In this document: positions 48,518 to 57,642 of the stretch, one piece after another | How the letters are laid out: the number at the start of each line of letters is the position of its first letter | Position numbering within the stretch: the first letter of the stretch is position 1 | Virus record (IMG/VR): IMGVR_UViG_3300028569_002417 | Span: 161,528-225,527 of that record | Length of the DNA: 64,000 nt | Strand: one strand, 5' to 3' | Position numbers and translations under genes: made by a program | The notes under the pieces: model-generated | What the model was told of the DNA's origin: nothing | Database searches by the model: none | What the model saw: the letters and a program-made list of their open reading frames with translations, nothing else

Positions 48518-49686
48518 AATTAATTAGTTTTTGTCGGCGCAATCCCGGCAATGGTAAGTTGCTATCCAAAGAAGTATTAATTCCTTCTTTGAAATTTACT
48601 GTATTCAAATTCAATAAAAGACCTAAGCCAGAGAATGTTAAAAGAATACTGATAATTAGTTGTTTTTCTGAGTTTGGTTGTGAAACAATTGGTTTGATGT
48701 ATTGTATTCCCAAGATCATTTCGAGTAATCCCGGTGCTTATGTAATTTGTGTTGGTTGGTATGGGAGAGAATATCTTTACAGGCATCTTGTTGATGAGTT
48801 TTGGGAAATTGAAGAAAACGTCATGAATTTGCGTGAATATTCAAATGCTTTTTATAATTCTTCTTTTAATATTCGTCGTCTTGAAAAGTGTCTTGAAAAT
48901 TATGGTGTAGTTTTCAAGTGTGCCAATATGGGACAATTATGTGTCAATAATACTTGTGAAATTTGTAAAAAAGTTTGGGCTTCTGACAATGTTTCCACTG
49001 GATGTCCTTCTTGTTATTCTCAAAAAATAAAAAAAGGTTATCTTGCCGATGTTGCTTATCATCGTAAGTTTGCTGTACAGATTCCAAGACCATCTATGAA
49101 AGTTCAGAATAAAGCTAAAGATTATTTGAAGCCAAATTCTGTTGGTATTTTTGCAAGAGGCAGGACGATGTATGGTCGTAATCTATCTCCAGAATTTTAT
49201 ATAAAGCTTATAAAATGTTTGGAGGAAAAGGGTTACAATCCTATATGGCTGGGTGAAAAGCAGAGTGTCATTCCTTGTCCTGTTGATCACATCATTGATT
49301 TTAGTCGTCTTCCTGAATCAAGGGATTTGGAACTTACTTTGGCGATTATATCAAATTTGCAATTTACTGTTCAGTTTTGGACAGCTTCTACGAGGCTGGC
49401 TGGAATGATGGGTGTTCCTTGGATATTATTTGAAAGTCCTGATCAAATAGCGGGTAATGGGCAAGAGGGCAAGAGGATTGTTCTTACGACTGATTACAAC
49501 AAGAAAAAATTAATTTTGGCTCATTATTTTAATGTTGTTGAAGATCATGAAAAAGCATTGAAAATCTTGGATCAGGCTATAGACGAAATGAATGAAGACA
49601 ATTGGGAAGATATGCTGGGTTTGATAGAAGATGCTGGCATAGTTAACGATATGCTTAAAAAACAACTTGAATGGAGGTCGATGTGA
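48514..49686 (+). CDS. GT9-like (GT-B) glycosyltransferase with Zn-ribbon insert
   Basis: RILII..EFG, RNLSPEFY, IWLGE, TASTRLAGMMGVP. Confidence 0.55.
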   Translation: MKLISFCRRNPGNGKLLSKEVLIPSLKFTVFKFNKRPKPENVKRILIISCFSEFGCETIGLMYCIPKIISSNPGAYVICVGWYGREYLYRHLVDEFWEIEENVMNLREYSNAFYNSSFNIRRLEKCLENYGVVFKCANMGQLCVNNTCEICKKVWASDNVSTGCPSCYSQKIKKGYLADVAYHRKFAVQIPRPSMKVQNKAKDYLKPNSVGIFARGRTMYGRNLSPEFYIKLIKCLEEKGYNPIWLGEKQSVIPCPVDHIIDFSRLPESRDLELTLAIISNLQFTVQFWTASTRLAGMMGVPWILFESPDQIAGNGQEGKRIVLTTDYNKKKLILAHYFNVVEDHEKALKILDQAIDEMNEDNWEDMLGLIEDAGIVNDMLKKQLEWRSM

Positions 49687-50825
49687 GTTCGGTTGCTGAT
49701 TTTTTACGCAGGGCAGCGGAGCGTAATGGTTTCCATAGAGATCGTTATGAAGAGAAGAGGATTCCAACTGACTTCACGAATGTTTGCATTTTGCCTTTTT
49801 TTGGTGATTTGAGAAGCATGACGATTTTGTCAAGTTATATTCTGCATCGATATCGTGATGAGTCAAGAGGTTCAAAATATTTTATAGTTGCTTCATGGCC
49901 CGGATTTCAGGGTTTGTTTCCATATGCTGATGAGTATTGGTCTTTGACTGATGATTCGATTATGAAGAGGTTTTACGATCATTCTGAGGGAATGCGTAAT
50001 AGTTCTGATTTGAATGTTTCGTACATGAGGAATATGAATGAGTTTTTCAGGGATGTGATTGATGCGGTTGAGATTCAGAAGTATTATCGGAATGGATTTA
50101 CTAATTACTTTTTTGATAAATTTCAGGACACGAAAAGATTTTTACCTTTTATTCCGAGTTCATCAATTATTGGTAAGGAATTCAATAGAAGTTTGATAAC
50201 GAAGCCGGGTTATAAGGTATTTTTACATCCATCTATTTATTGTAGGTTTTGGCATAATGGTATAAGCGACCACATGAAGGTCAAGAAAGAATTTTATATT
50301 GATTTGGTTAATTTCTTGTCCAATAAGGATGTTACTTGTGTTTTGTGGCAAAATGCATTTTCTTATGATCTTGCTGATTCTCTTGAAGAAAAGTGTGTGT
50401 TTTTGAGAGAGCAGGACGTAACAAAGGCTTTGGCAGCGATGCGTGCTTGTGGTTGTGTTCTTGACACGTTCAATGGTTTGTCGAGGTTGTCTTTGCTGGC
50501 AAGAACTCCCTTTTTGTCTATTGATGAAAGGTCGAGGTTTTCAGGAACGAAGGAATTCGAGATTGATCATTTGAGTGGCAATCAAATTCCGTATCAGTAT
50601 ATTTTTTCATTTTCTACTATCATAACTGATGGCGATGCTGGTTTGTGGAAGAGTGATATTTTTCCAAGTATTTATCGAAAGCTTGAGGAATTTTTACCTA
50701 GCCTAAACCGTGATGAATGGCCTTCTACTGCGGAGAGTATTGAAAATTTACCTTATGAAGATTTTGTGCAACCGCAGAAAAAAAAGAAACTTGGCACAAG
50801 ATTTATCAAGGTAGCAAAAGAATAA
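49683..50825 (+). CDS. GT9-like (GT-B) glycosyltransferase
   Basis: FFGDL, PYADEYW, VFLHP, NGLSRLSLLARTP. Confidence 0.5.
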   Translation: MSSVADFLRRAAERNGFHRDRYEEKRIPTDFTNVCILPFFGDLRSMTILSSYILHRYRDESRGSKYFIVASWPGFQGLFPYADEYWSLTDDSIMKRFYDHSEGMRNSSDLNVSYMRNMNEFFRDVIDAVEIQKYYRNGFTNYFFDKFQDTKRFLPFIPSSSIIGKEFNRSLITKPGYKVFLHPSIYCRFWHNGISDHMKVKKEFYIDLVNFLSNKDVTCVLWQNAFSYDLADSLEEKCVFLREQDVTKALAAMRACGCVLDTFNGLSRLSLLARTPFLSIDERSRFSGTKEFEIDHLSGNQIPYQYIFSFSTIITDGDAGLWKSDIFPSIYRKLEEFLPSLNRDEWPSTAESIENLPYEDFVQPQKKKKLGTRFIKVAKE

Positions 50826-50835
50826 GGAATAAAGT

Positions 50836-51123
50836 ATGGCTTGTAAAGTTGAATTGCGTGATCTTCCTATGAATCCAAGTTGGTATGAAAAGGAGATTGC
50901 ATTCAAAAAAATGTTTACTGCTTTCAAAAAGCAGGTTGCGGAAGCTGGTATTCTGCATGATTTTAAGAAGAGAGAGTACTATGAGACTCCCGGTCAAATT
51001 CGTCGCCGTAAGAGTCGTGAGGCGGAAAATGTGCGTTTGAAGGAAAAGCTGCGTGAGAATTTCCCAGAAAGACGTAAGCCGAAGAAGTCTGATAACAAGA
51101 AAACAAAAGCCAAGGGTGAATAA
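50836..51123 (+). CDS. rpsU: Ribosomal protein bS21-like
   Basis: FKKQVAEAGILHDFKKREYYETPGQIRRRK. Confidence 0.85.
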   Translation: MACKVELRDLPMNPSWYEKEIAFKKMFTAFKKQVAEAGILHDFKKREYYETPGQIRRRKSREAENVRLKEKLRENFPERRKPKKSDNKKTKAKGE

Positions 51124-51386
51124 TGCCATCTAAAAAAGGTACGATCATGAGCCTGAATGTTGATCCCAGCATTCAGGAAAAGATGAAGGCAGTTGCCAAG
51201 AGGCGAAACATTAGTGTTTCCAAGCTTGTTCGTGATTTGGTTGACAATAATCTTCCAGATGCTGACGAGGAAGTAGATGTTGTGATCTTTAAGATTCCAA
51301 CTGCCATGAGGACAACTCCTGATTCTCTTAAGCAATGGCTGCAAAATCGTATTGATGCTGTAGTAAGGGCTTTGACAACATCATGA
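51123..51386 (+). CDS. Ribbon-helix-helix DNA-binding protein
   Basis: MSLNVDPSIQEKMKAVAKRRNISVSKLVRDLV. Confidence 0.7.
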   Translation: MPSKKGTIMSLNVDPSIQEKMKAVAKRRNISVSKLVRDLVDNNLPDADEEVDVVIFKIPTAMRTTPDSLKQWLQNRIDAVVRALTTS

Positions 51387-51877
51387 AATTCAAAGAACCT
51401 CTGAAAATTGTTCCAGTTGCTGATATCCCTAAGGCAAAAGATGTTCCTCTTGAAAGCCTTATGGATATATTCCGTCTTTGCACAAAGATGGAAAAAATTT
51501 GCGATGAAAATGATGGAATAGGTTTATCAGCAGTTCAAGTTGGAGTTCCATGGAATCTTTTCATTGTTAAGCGCAATCGTCATTTTGAATATTATGTCAA
51601 TTGCGAGTATACAGGCCATGGAGACAAGATAAAGTCAGTTGAGGGCTGCTTGTCTCTTAGGAATGAGGATGGCACTTTTAGAAGGTTTGAGGTTGAGAGA
51701 TTTTCTAAGACACGAATAAAAGGCAAGCAACTTGTTGTTTCAGGGATGCCTTCTCTTGTTTTGAATGATGTTGATCGTGAAGAGATTAATCTTTTCAGTA
51801 TTGTTTTTCAGCATGAATGCGATCACAGTCGAGATGTACTCGTTTCGCAAATAGGTCGTGAGGTGGAATTGGCCTAA
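51383..51877 (+). CDS. def: Peptide deformylase
   Basis: GIGLSAVQVG, EGCLS, QHECDH. Confidence 0.92.
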   Translation: MKFKEPLKIVPVADIPKAKDVPLESLMDIFRLCTKMEKICDENDGIGLSAVQVGVPWNLFIVKRNRHFEYYVNCEYTGHGDKIKSVEGCLSLRNEDGTFRRFEVERFSKTRIKGKQLVVSGMPSLVLNDVDREEINLFSIVFQHECDHSRDVLVSQIGREVELA

Positions 51878-51903
51878 GAAATCCGTCTTCCGTTAAAGGA
51901 CGG
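51873..51903 (+). repeat. Solitary degenerate Cas12i repeat
   Basis: CCTAAGAAATCCGTC-TTCCGTTAAAG-GACGG; first 15 nt identical to part of array repeat 8; CCGTC/GACGG stem intact. Confidence 0.7.
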
Positions 51904-51920
51904 AGCTAAGGGAATGAATT

Positions 51921-52199
51921 ATGTTAAGTCTCAAACAATTAGAAGATGTGTGTCTGAATTCAGATGCGACTTCTCAAAAATGTCGATATATTTGTCAAGA
52001 TGAAGTTGACAAAAATAAGTTTTACTGCTTAAAACTTTCTGCTAAAGCTAGCAAAATAGATAATGAAATTGAAAATTATATCAAAGTAATTAGCTTAAAA
52101 GGCAGAGATCCTTCTGATGAAAATTTACCATTAGGGGACAATTGTTCTGGTTATCCTTTTCTTAGGCATATCGAACAAGGTTACGACAAGAAAAATTAG
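51921..52199 (+). CDS. Hypothetical Cys-containing protein
   Basis: AAGGGA RBS; 92 aa. Confidence 0.6.
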   Translation: MLSLKQLEDVCLNSDATSQKCRYICQDEVDKNKFYCLKLSAKASKIDNEIENYIKVISLKGRDPSDENLPLGDNCSGYPFLRHIEQGYDKKN

Positions 52200-52696
52200 A
52201 GACTTTCTAGTCTCTCTCTGATTATCTGGTAGATATCCTTTCCTTTGTTTTCTTCAACAGCAGAGGAAAGGATATTTGCTTCTAGCTCATTACTGTTAAA
52301 TCTTGCTATCTCTCTTACCATTAGTTCGTTCGTCTTTTCGCTGCTTATAGCTCTGTTTCGATAGTAGAACAATAGCATTGCTATGACAACTAATGCGAAG
52401 ATGAAGATTAGTGCTCCATCGCCTTGGATTATTTGAACTCCTGTGTTTTCGTTTCGTGAAATTGCGCCGTTTATGTTGACTAGGCCGCTTTGTATTTCTT
52501 TCAGAAGACTATTTTGGGCTGATAGATCTTGCCTAGTCTTCATGAGTTCGGCCATTACCCCATTTTGGTTTGTGCGTATATCCTCTATTTTACCATTTTG
52601 ATTTTGTATTTTGGGGTTGTTTCTTGGGTTGAAGTTTGCACATCCTACCAAGTTTAACAAGGTTGCGGCTGCAATAATCAACAAAAATTTGTACAT
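52196..52696 (-). CDS. Putative lipoprotein with second TM helix
   Basis: GGAGG RBS; MYKFLLII..LVGC lipobox. Confidence 0.6.
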   Translation of the reverse strand: MYKFLLIIAAATLLNLVGCANFNPRNNPKIQNQNGKIEDIRTNQNGVMAELMKTRQDLSAQNSLLKEIQSGLVNINGAISRNENTGVQIIQGDGALIFIFALVVIAMLLFYYRNRAISSEKTNELMVREIARFNSNELEANILSSAVEENKGKDIYQIIRERLESL

Positions 52697-52715
52697 ACAT
52701 CCTCCACAATATGTA

Positions 52716-52744
52716 TTTACAAGTGGGGAATTTCTTTGTACACT
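52716..52744 (+). promoter_or_regulatory. Sigma70-like promoter, same boxes as cas12i promoter
   Basis: TTTACA (52716-52721), 17 nt, TACACT (52739-52744). Confidence 0.65.
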
Positions 52745-52747
52745 ATG

Positions 52748-52773
52748 CTGAGAAATCCGTTTCATGTTGACGG
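52748..52773 (+). repeat. Solitary Cas12i repeat handle (crRNA-like leader)
   Basis: CTGAGAAATCCGTTTCATGTTGACGG vs array CTGAGAAATCCGTCCTACGTTGACGG: 22/26 identical, same length, stem kept by a U-G pair. Confidence 0.85.
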
Positions 52774-52799
52774 ATGATCAACCCGCTGGAGGATTTGGC

Positions 52800-53210
52800 G
52801 TGGCTCAAGGCAAGGATGTTTTTTTCTTTGGTGATGAATTTGATGATGAAAATTCATCAAGTGAAAGCGCACAGATTGCAAATGAATTTAAGCAGAATGC
52901 TAATTCATTAGTTGTACATCATTTGTCAAATTACTTCAAGGACAAGATGTTGCACACAGGAGGAAATGTTCCTGATCAATTACTAAATAGTCATAAAAGA
53001 ATATCTATGGTTTTGAACTACACTGTTTCTAATGGTGTAGATCATGCTCATGAAAGACTAGAATTTTCTGAGGGGAGAAACAATGATGATGAGAATTCAG
53101 AGCTTATCGTCACTGTTCTTCATGGAATAGCCAAAAGTGGTGTTCCGAAGGAATTTGCTGGTGGTATGCTTTGTCTGCACTTGGAATTAATAGAAGGGAT
53201 AGATTTTTGA
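52800..53210 (+). CDS. Hypothetical acidic protein
   Basis: GGAGGA 52788-52793 then GTG (MAQGKDVFFFG). Confidence 0.6.
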   Translation: MAQGKDVFFFGDEFDDENSSSESAQIANEFKQNANSLVVHHLSNYFKDKMLHTGGNVPDQLLNSHKRISMVLNYTVSNGVDHAHERLEFSEGRNNDDENSELIVTVLHGIAKSGVPKEFAGGMLCLHLELIEGIDF

Positions 53211-53521
53211 ATCTTGATTTATTATTGTTGTCAAGGCAATTTGAGACTGTCGAATTGCCGAAGGAAAAGAAATACCTCCTGAGATATTTTGAAAATCCAG
53301 TTCAGGAGGCTTTTCTTAAATATTTCTTTGTATTTGGTAATTATGTTAATTTTTGTGACCACACTGGTCATTTCGTGCAGAAAAAATGGTTAAAACATCT
53401 GCATGAAAAATTAAAAACAATTGAAAAAGCCCACAAAGATGCCAGATCTAACTTTGACATGGCTGGACTTGTTGAAATTGAAAAAGGTGAATTCAAATTC
53501 AGTCGTCATCTTCCTAAATAG
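53207..53521 (+). CDS. Hypothetical protein
   Basis: TTG overlapping upstream stop. Confidence 0.55.
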   Translation: MNLDLLLLSRQFETVELPKEKKYLLRYFENPVQEAFLKYFFVFGNYVNFCDHTGHFVQKKWLKHLHEKLKTIEKAHKDARSNFDMAGLVEIEKGEFKFSRHLPK

Positions 53522-53524
53522 TGT

Positions 53525-53767
53525 ATGGCACTAATATCATTCGGCGATTGGCGTAAAAAATTTGATGAAGCAAGCCCTACTACAAGATTAAGGGCTGGAA
53601 TTGAGGCGGGTAATTATCCCATGTCTGCTGGGGTGGCTATGTCTCGATCCACACCAAGCCCATCTTTTGTAAAGAAGGCAATTGAAGAATTAGGATCACC
53701 TGAACATCCTAAAAGGAAAAATAAGACTAAAAAGAAACGTAGGAATTCCAAGAAAAGGGAAAAATGA
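53525..53767 (+). CDS. Small basic protein, capsid-targeting-like N-terminus
   Basis: TAAATA 4 nt before ATG; MALISFGDWRKKFDE. Confidence 0.6.
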   Translation: MALISFGDWRKKFDEASPTTRLRAGIEAGNYPMSAGVAMSRSTPSPSFVKKAIEELGSPEHPKRKNKTKKKRRNSKKREK

Positions 53768-54162
53768 TTTTTTTCAATGAATGGATGCAGGAAAGATTCG
53801 ATGAGGCTAAAAAGTCTCGTCGCACCCCTGTTCCTCATTCTGATATTGAAAAATGGATGCGTTCTTTAGAGCTTCTCAAGAAAGATCTTGAGGAATTGCA
53901 GAAAGCCAAGAAGAATGCTGCCCAAAGATTTGCTAGAGAAGCAAAAATCAAGAAGGAAAAAGAAAAGAAGGCTAAAGATGCCAAGAAGTTAAAAAAGAAA
54001 AAAGATTCAGAAATAGATAAAAAATCTGAAAAAGAACCTGAAGTTGAGAAGAAAGATAAAAAACCTGAAGTCAAAAAATATGATTCCAAGAAAAATGTTG
54101 TATCTGATAAGTTCAGACAGATTAAGAGTCAAAGGCGTAAAAATAATAAGCCTAGAGACTAA
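53764..54162 (+). CDS. Lys-rich protein, capsid-targeting-like N-terminus
   Basis: MIFFNEWMQERFDE. Confidence 0.6.
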   Translation: MIFFNEWMQERFDEAKKSRRTPVPHSDIEKWMRSLELLKKDLEELQKAKKNAAQRFAREAKIKKEKEKKAKDAKKLKKKKDSEIDKKSEKEPEVEKKDKKPEVKKYDSKKNVVSDKFRQIKSQRRKNNKPRD

Positions 54163-54212
54163 TTATTTTTAAGTTGGCAGTCTCCACTATAATTAAATAG
54201 CGGAGATAGATC

Positions 54213-54659
54213 ATGAGTACTGAAAATATTTGCAACGATGATTCCTTAGATCAATCTAAGGCAAAAAATGCCAGAGATGTTCTGAAAGGCATTATTGTTT
54301 CAGAATCAAATCTTGAAACATATTTAATTGCAGTAGCTGTTCATAAAGATTCATCCAAGAATTTTATCAATAGAATAAGTTGTAAGAAGGGCATACCTCT
54401 TGATGGATATGTTTATGATGCTCAATCAGACAGTTATTTCATAGAATGCACTGATTTTTTGCATGTAGGGGTAATTCCTGTTTCTTTTGTTGCTACTGCT
54501 AAAGATTCTTATTTTTGGAAAATGAATATACCTTTGCCTGAAGCTGTCATTAAAAAGTATTTGACTGAGATCCAAAAGAAGGATTTGAAAAACTTTAAGA
54601 GTCATTTTAGCTCTCAAGATTACATGATTAATTATGTTCAAATGGTTAATCCAAACTGA
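54213..54659 (+). CDS. Hypothetical protein
   Basis: GGAG RBS. Confidence 0.6.
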   Translation: MSTENICNDDSLDQSKAKNARDVLKGIIVSESNLETYLIAVAVHKDSSKNFINRISCKKGIPLDGYVYDAQSDSYFIECTDFLHVGVIPVSFVATAKDSYFWKMNIPLPEAVIKKYLTEIQKKDLKNFKSHFSSQDYMINYVQMVNPN

Positions 54660-54697
54660 ATTCATGTTTTTCTGGTTCTTCTGCCATAAATAATTTC

Positions 54698-55525
54698 ATG
54701 GCATGCTCATCTACTGGAATAGGCTGTACTACTACAACTGCAAAAAGTTGTCCTGACGAATATGGATGCGTTAGCGGCGTATGTGCCGATTTCATCATTC
54801 GTAGGCATGATACTAAACCATCTTTCAAGGTTAAGATCGAAGATTGCGATGGACCTCTTGATCTTACAGATCTTGTTCTTGAGGCCACAATGTGGGCCAA
54901 GGGGAAGCTTAAGGTTTCTCTTGATCAGAATGATTCAGTTATTGGTTTGGCTGATAATATTGGCTTTAATCAAGTAATGCAGGGCGATGTGATTATCATG
55001 GATCAGGCTAGATTGCCTGAGAAGATGCTTGTTGTTGGATTTGATGAAGTAAATCGCCTCATTCGTGTCCAGAGAGGTTATCATGGAACCCCAGTGCAAA
55101 ACTGGAGACGTGGCACAGGATTGAAAATCATTAAGTTTTCTAACGCAACTGCTACAACTGAAATGTTGTATCAGGACATCATTAACATTGATGGAACAAC
55201 GACTAAGGATGTTTTAGTCGATAGTTTTTTAATTTATGATTGGCAGAGTGAAGACACATGTCTTCCGGGTTGTTATTATTTGGAATTTAAGCTTTTGAAA
55301 ATGGTGGTTTCTTTTGCTCTTGCTTATGATTCTTCTGTCCCAAGCAATCAAATTCCTAGTAATCTTTTGCCTGATGGAGTTATTCCGAGTTTTACTGATC
55401 CAAGTTTTATACCTTCCGATTTTGGTTGTTCTATGAATCCACTTGTTGAATGGATAAGAAGGTTTCCTATTGATAAAGAAGGCTTTATAATTAAAATAAC
55501 GAATACTTTTACGGCTGATGATTGA
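54698..55525 (+). CDS. Probable virion structural protein (BppU-N-like)
   Basis: FIIRRHDTKP..PLDLT..YDWQSEDT..GCYYLEFK; TAAATA before ATG. Confidence 0.5.
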   Translation: MACSSTGIGCTTTTAKSCPDEYGCVSGVCADFIIRRHDTKPSFKVKIEDCDGPLDLTDLVLEATMWAKGKLKVSLDQNDSVIGLADNIGFNQVMQGDVIIMDQARLPEKMLVVGFDEVNRLIRVQRGYHGTPVQNWRRGTGLKIIKFSNATATTEMLYQDIINIDGTTTKDVLVDSFLIYDWQSEDTCLPGCYYLEFKLLKMVVSFALAYDSSVPSNQIPSNLLPDGVIPSFTDPSFIPSDFGCSMNPLVEWIRRFPIDKEGFIIKITNTFTADD

Positions 55526-55591
55526 CATCATAGAATTTAAGTCGTATTTTTGTATAGGGTCTTTTTTATGTTGGAGCATGGATTTCACAAG

Positions 55592-56137
55592 ATGCAGCAA
55601 AACAAATTTCCTAGAGAGCGAAGCGAAGATCAAAACAGAGTTAACTGGCAGATAAGAGTGCCACAAGTTAGGGTTGTTCGTGAAGAAGAGCAACTTGGCA
55701 TTATGGCTACTGATGAGGCAAGAAAACTTGCCATGGACAATGGTCTTGATCTAGTAGAGATCGCTCCTACTGCGAAGCCTCCTGTTTGTAGGATTATGGA
55801 TTATGGTCGTTATAAATACGAACTGAAAATCAAGAAAAAAGAAGCTGCAAAGAAGCAGCGTGAGTCACAAGTCCAGATAAAGGAAATTAGACTTCGTCCT
55901 GCTATTCAAGATCATGATATTGAAACAAAAATTAATCAGGCGAAGAATTTTCTTGAAGAAGGTTGTAAGGTTCAATTTTACCTTCAATTCAAGGGTTACC
56001 GTGAATTGAATCATAAAGAGCAGGGTTTCGCTGTTATGAAAAAAATTGTTGAAACAATGGAGCAATTTGGAGTCGTAGAGAAAAGACCTGCGATGGAAGG
56101 CAATCGAATTACATGCTTTTTTACTCCCAAAGTATAG
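55592..56137 (+). CDS. infC: Translation initiation factor IF-3 (start could be 55568)
   Basis: VNWQIRVPQVRVV, LDLVEIAPTAKPPVCRIMDYGRYKYE, KEIRLRPAIQDHD. Confidence 0.95.
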   Translation: MQQNKFPRERSEDQNRVNWQIRVPQVRVVREEEQLGIMATDEARKLAMDNGLDLVEIAPTAKPPVCRIMDYGRYKYELKIKKKEAAKKQRESQVQIKEIRLRPAIQDHDIETKINQAKNFLEEGCKVQFYLQFKGYRELNHKEQGFAVMKKIVETMEQFGVVEKRPAMEGNRITCFFTPKV

Positions 56138-56148
56138 TGGGAAACATC

Positions 56149-57357
56149 ATGATTGATAATGTTTTGGCCAAAAAGGTCAACGATGTTCAGAATGAATTCA
56201 ATCGTCGATTATATCATCATGTTCAACTAAGAGATAATTCATCAGGTCCTCCTCTTTTTTTTAGAATGATTCATGATTCCAATCAGGATCTTCTTGAATT
56301 TGCATTTGGTCATTTTGGTAAGAATCTTGGTGATTTGACTCATGTCCTAGACATGACTCATCCAGACCTTGTAACCATATTTGATGGTAGTTTTTCAGAC
56401 GAGCATATTTTTTCAAAGCAATGTATAGAATTTTTGGCGATGGCACAATATGCTAAAAACAATGGAATGAGTCATATTTTCCCGTTATTGGGAAATCTTT
56501 TGATCAAAGAATCATTAGATAAAACTATTGTCAAAAAGATTGATGGTGCAAATTACAATAAATCTTATGTTCGTCTTATTCTCGATTCAGAAGAGAGAGA
56601 TGCAATAAGATTTTGCAAGAAAATGCAAGTTATTGATCTTCAGGCCTTTTATAAAAAAGGCGAAGAATCATGGAATGCACAGCCAGATTCTTTTAAGCAA
56701 TTTATCAGATATGATTCTGCATATATGCGTGAATTAAAGCAAGCTGAAAAGAAAATGAAGAGATATGAGGATTTGGGTTGTCAAAGTCTTGCTTCTGAAA
56801 TTTCTAAGAGTATTGAAGTTTTCCGTGAAAACATGGAACAGGCATATTATGGATTCAATCGCATTACAATGACTAATGCTGCTATTATTTTAGCAAAATC
56901 AATGTCTTACAACTATAGTCCTTCCTGCCAGATTTCTGCTGGTGGGCATATAATGAAAATTGAAGCTCAGGTTACAATAAATCGTTCATTCTTCAAAGAT
57001 ATTTATTTTGATTCTTCCCTTGTAGTTGACGCAACTTATCATTATGAGCCAAAAGTATATCCTTTCCATGAACTTAAAGATGTGGCTTCGGATGAAGTTC
57101 TCCAAACGATAAAAATGCTTGAAAACTTCCCAGAAGCAAACAATAAACCAATATTCGATCATTTTGGCGTTATTGTGCCTTCAATAGCTTATAGGAATAA
57201 AATGTTTAAGAATGAGAAAGGTATATTGCAGGATTATGCCGTTTTAGAAGATTGTCAAAAAGAAATGGACAAAATGTTCATCAGGAATAAATGTTTTTAT
57301 CCGATAATTGTTGGCGAGAAAGATGGAAAATGCTTTTTTATATGTTATTGGACTTGA
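56149..57357 (+). CDS. Hypothetical protein
   Basis: About 400-aa ORF; C-terminal PIIVGE..FFICYW. Confidence 0.65.
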   Translation: MIDNVLAKKVNDVQNEFNRRLYHHVQLRDNSSGPPLFFRMIHDSNQDLLEFAFGHFGKNLGDLTHVLDMTHPDLVTIFDGSFSDEHIFSKQCIEFLAMAQYAKNNGMSHIFPLLGNLLIKESLDKTIVKKIDGANYNKSYVRLILDSEERDAIRFCKKMQVIDLQAFYKKGEESWNAQPDSFKQFIRYDSAYMRELKQAEKKMKRYEDLGCQSLASEISKSIEVFRENMEQAYYGFNRITMTNAAIILAKSMSYNYSPSCQISAGGHIMKIEAQVTINRSFFKDIYFDSSLVVDATYHYEPKVYPFHELKDVASDEVLQTIKMLENFPEANNKPIFDHFGVIVPSIAYRNKMFKNEKGILQDYAVLEDCQKEMDKMFIRNKCFYPIIVGEKDGKCFFICYWT

Positions 57358-57366
57358 GGTTGCGTA

Positions 57367-57618
57367 ATGATTTATAATTTAACGAAGGAAGAACTTCTGG
57401 AATTTGCACATGTGATTTACGAGCAATCTGTGAATGGTTATTTAGATCTGAAAGAAAGTACTTGTCACAAGTTGCTAGTAAATTTTTTAGCAAACAAAAA
57501 AACTTCTATTCCAGATACTAATGTAAACATGAGTACTAATTTTGTGGATACAAATCAGATTTTTAATTCTGATGTTTTCACGGTAACAGAAAGTTTCATC
57601 ATCAGTCAAACTCAATGA
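57367..57618 (+). CDS. Hypothetical protein
   Basis: GAGGT RBS. Confidence 0.55.
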   Translation: MIYNLTKEELLEFAHVIYEQSVNGYLDLKESTCHKLLVNFLANKKTSIPDTNVNMSTNFVDTNQIFNSDVFTVTESFIISQTQ

Positions 57619-57642
57619 GTTTGTAAATTTACGGGGATAATT

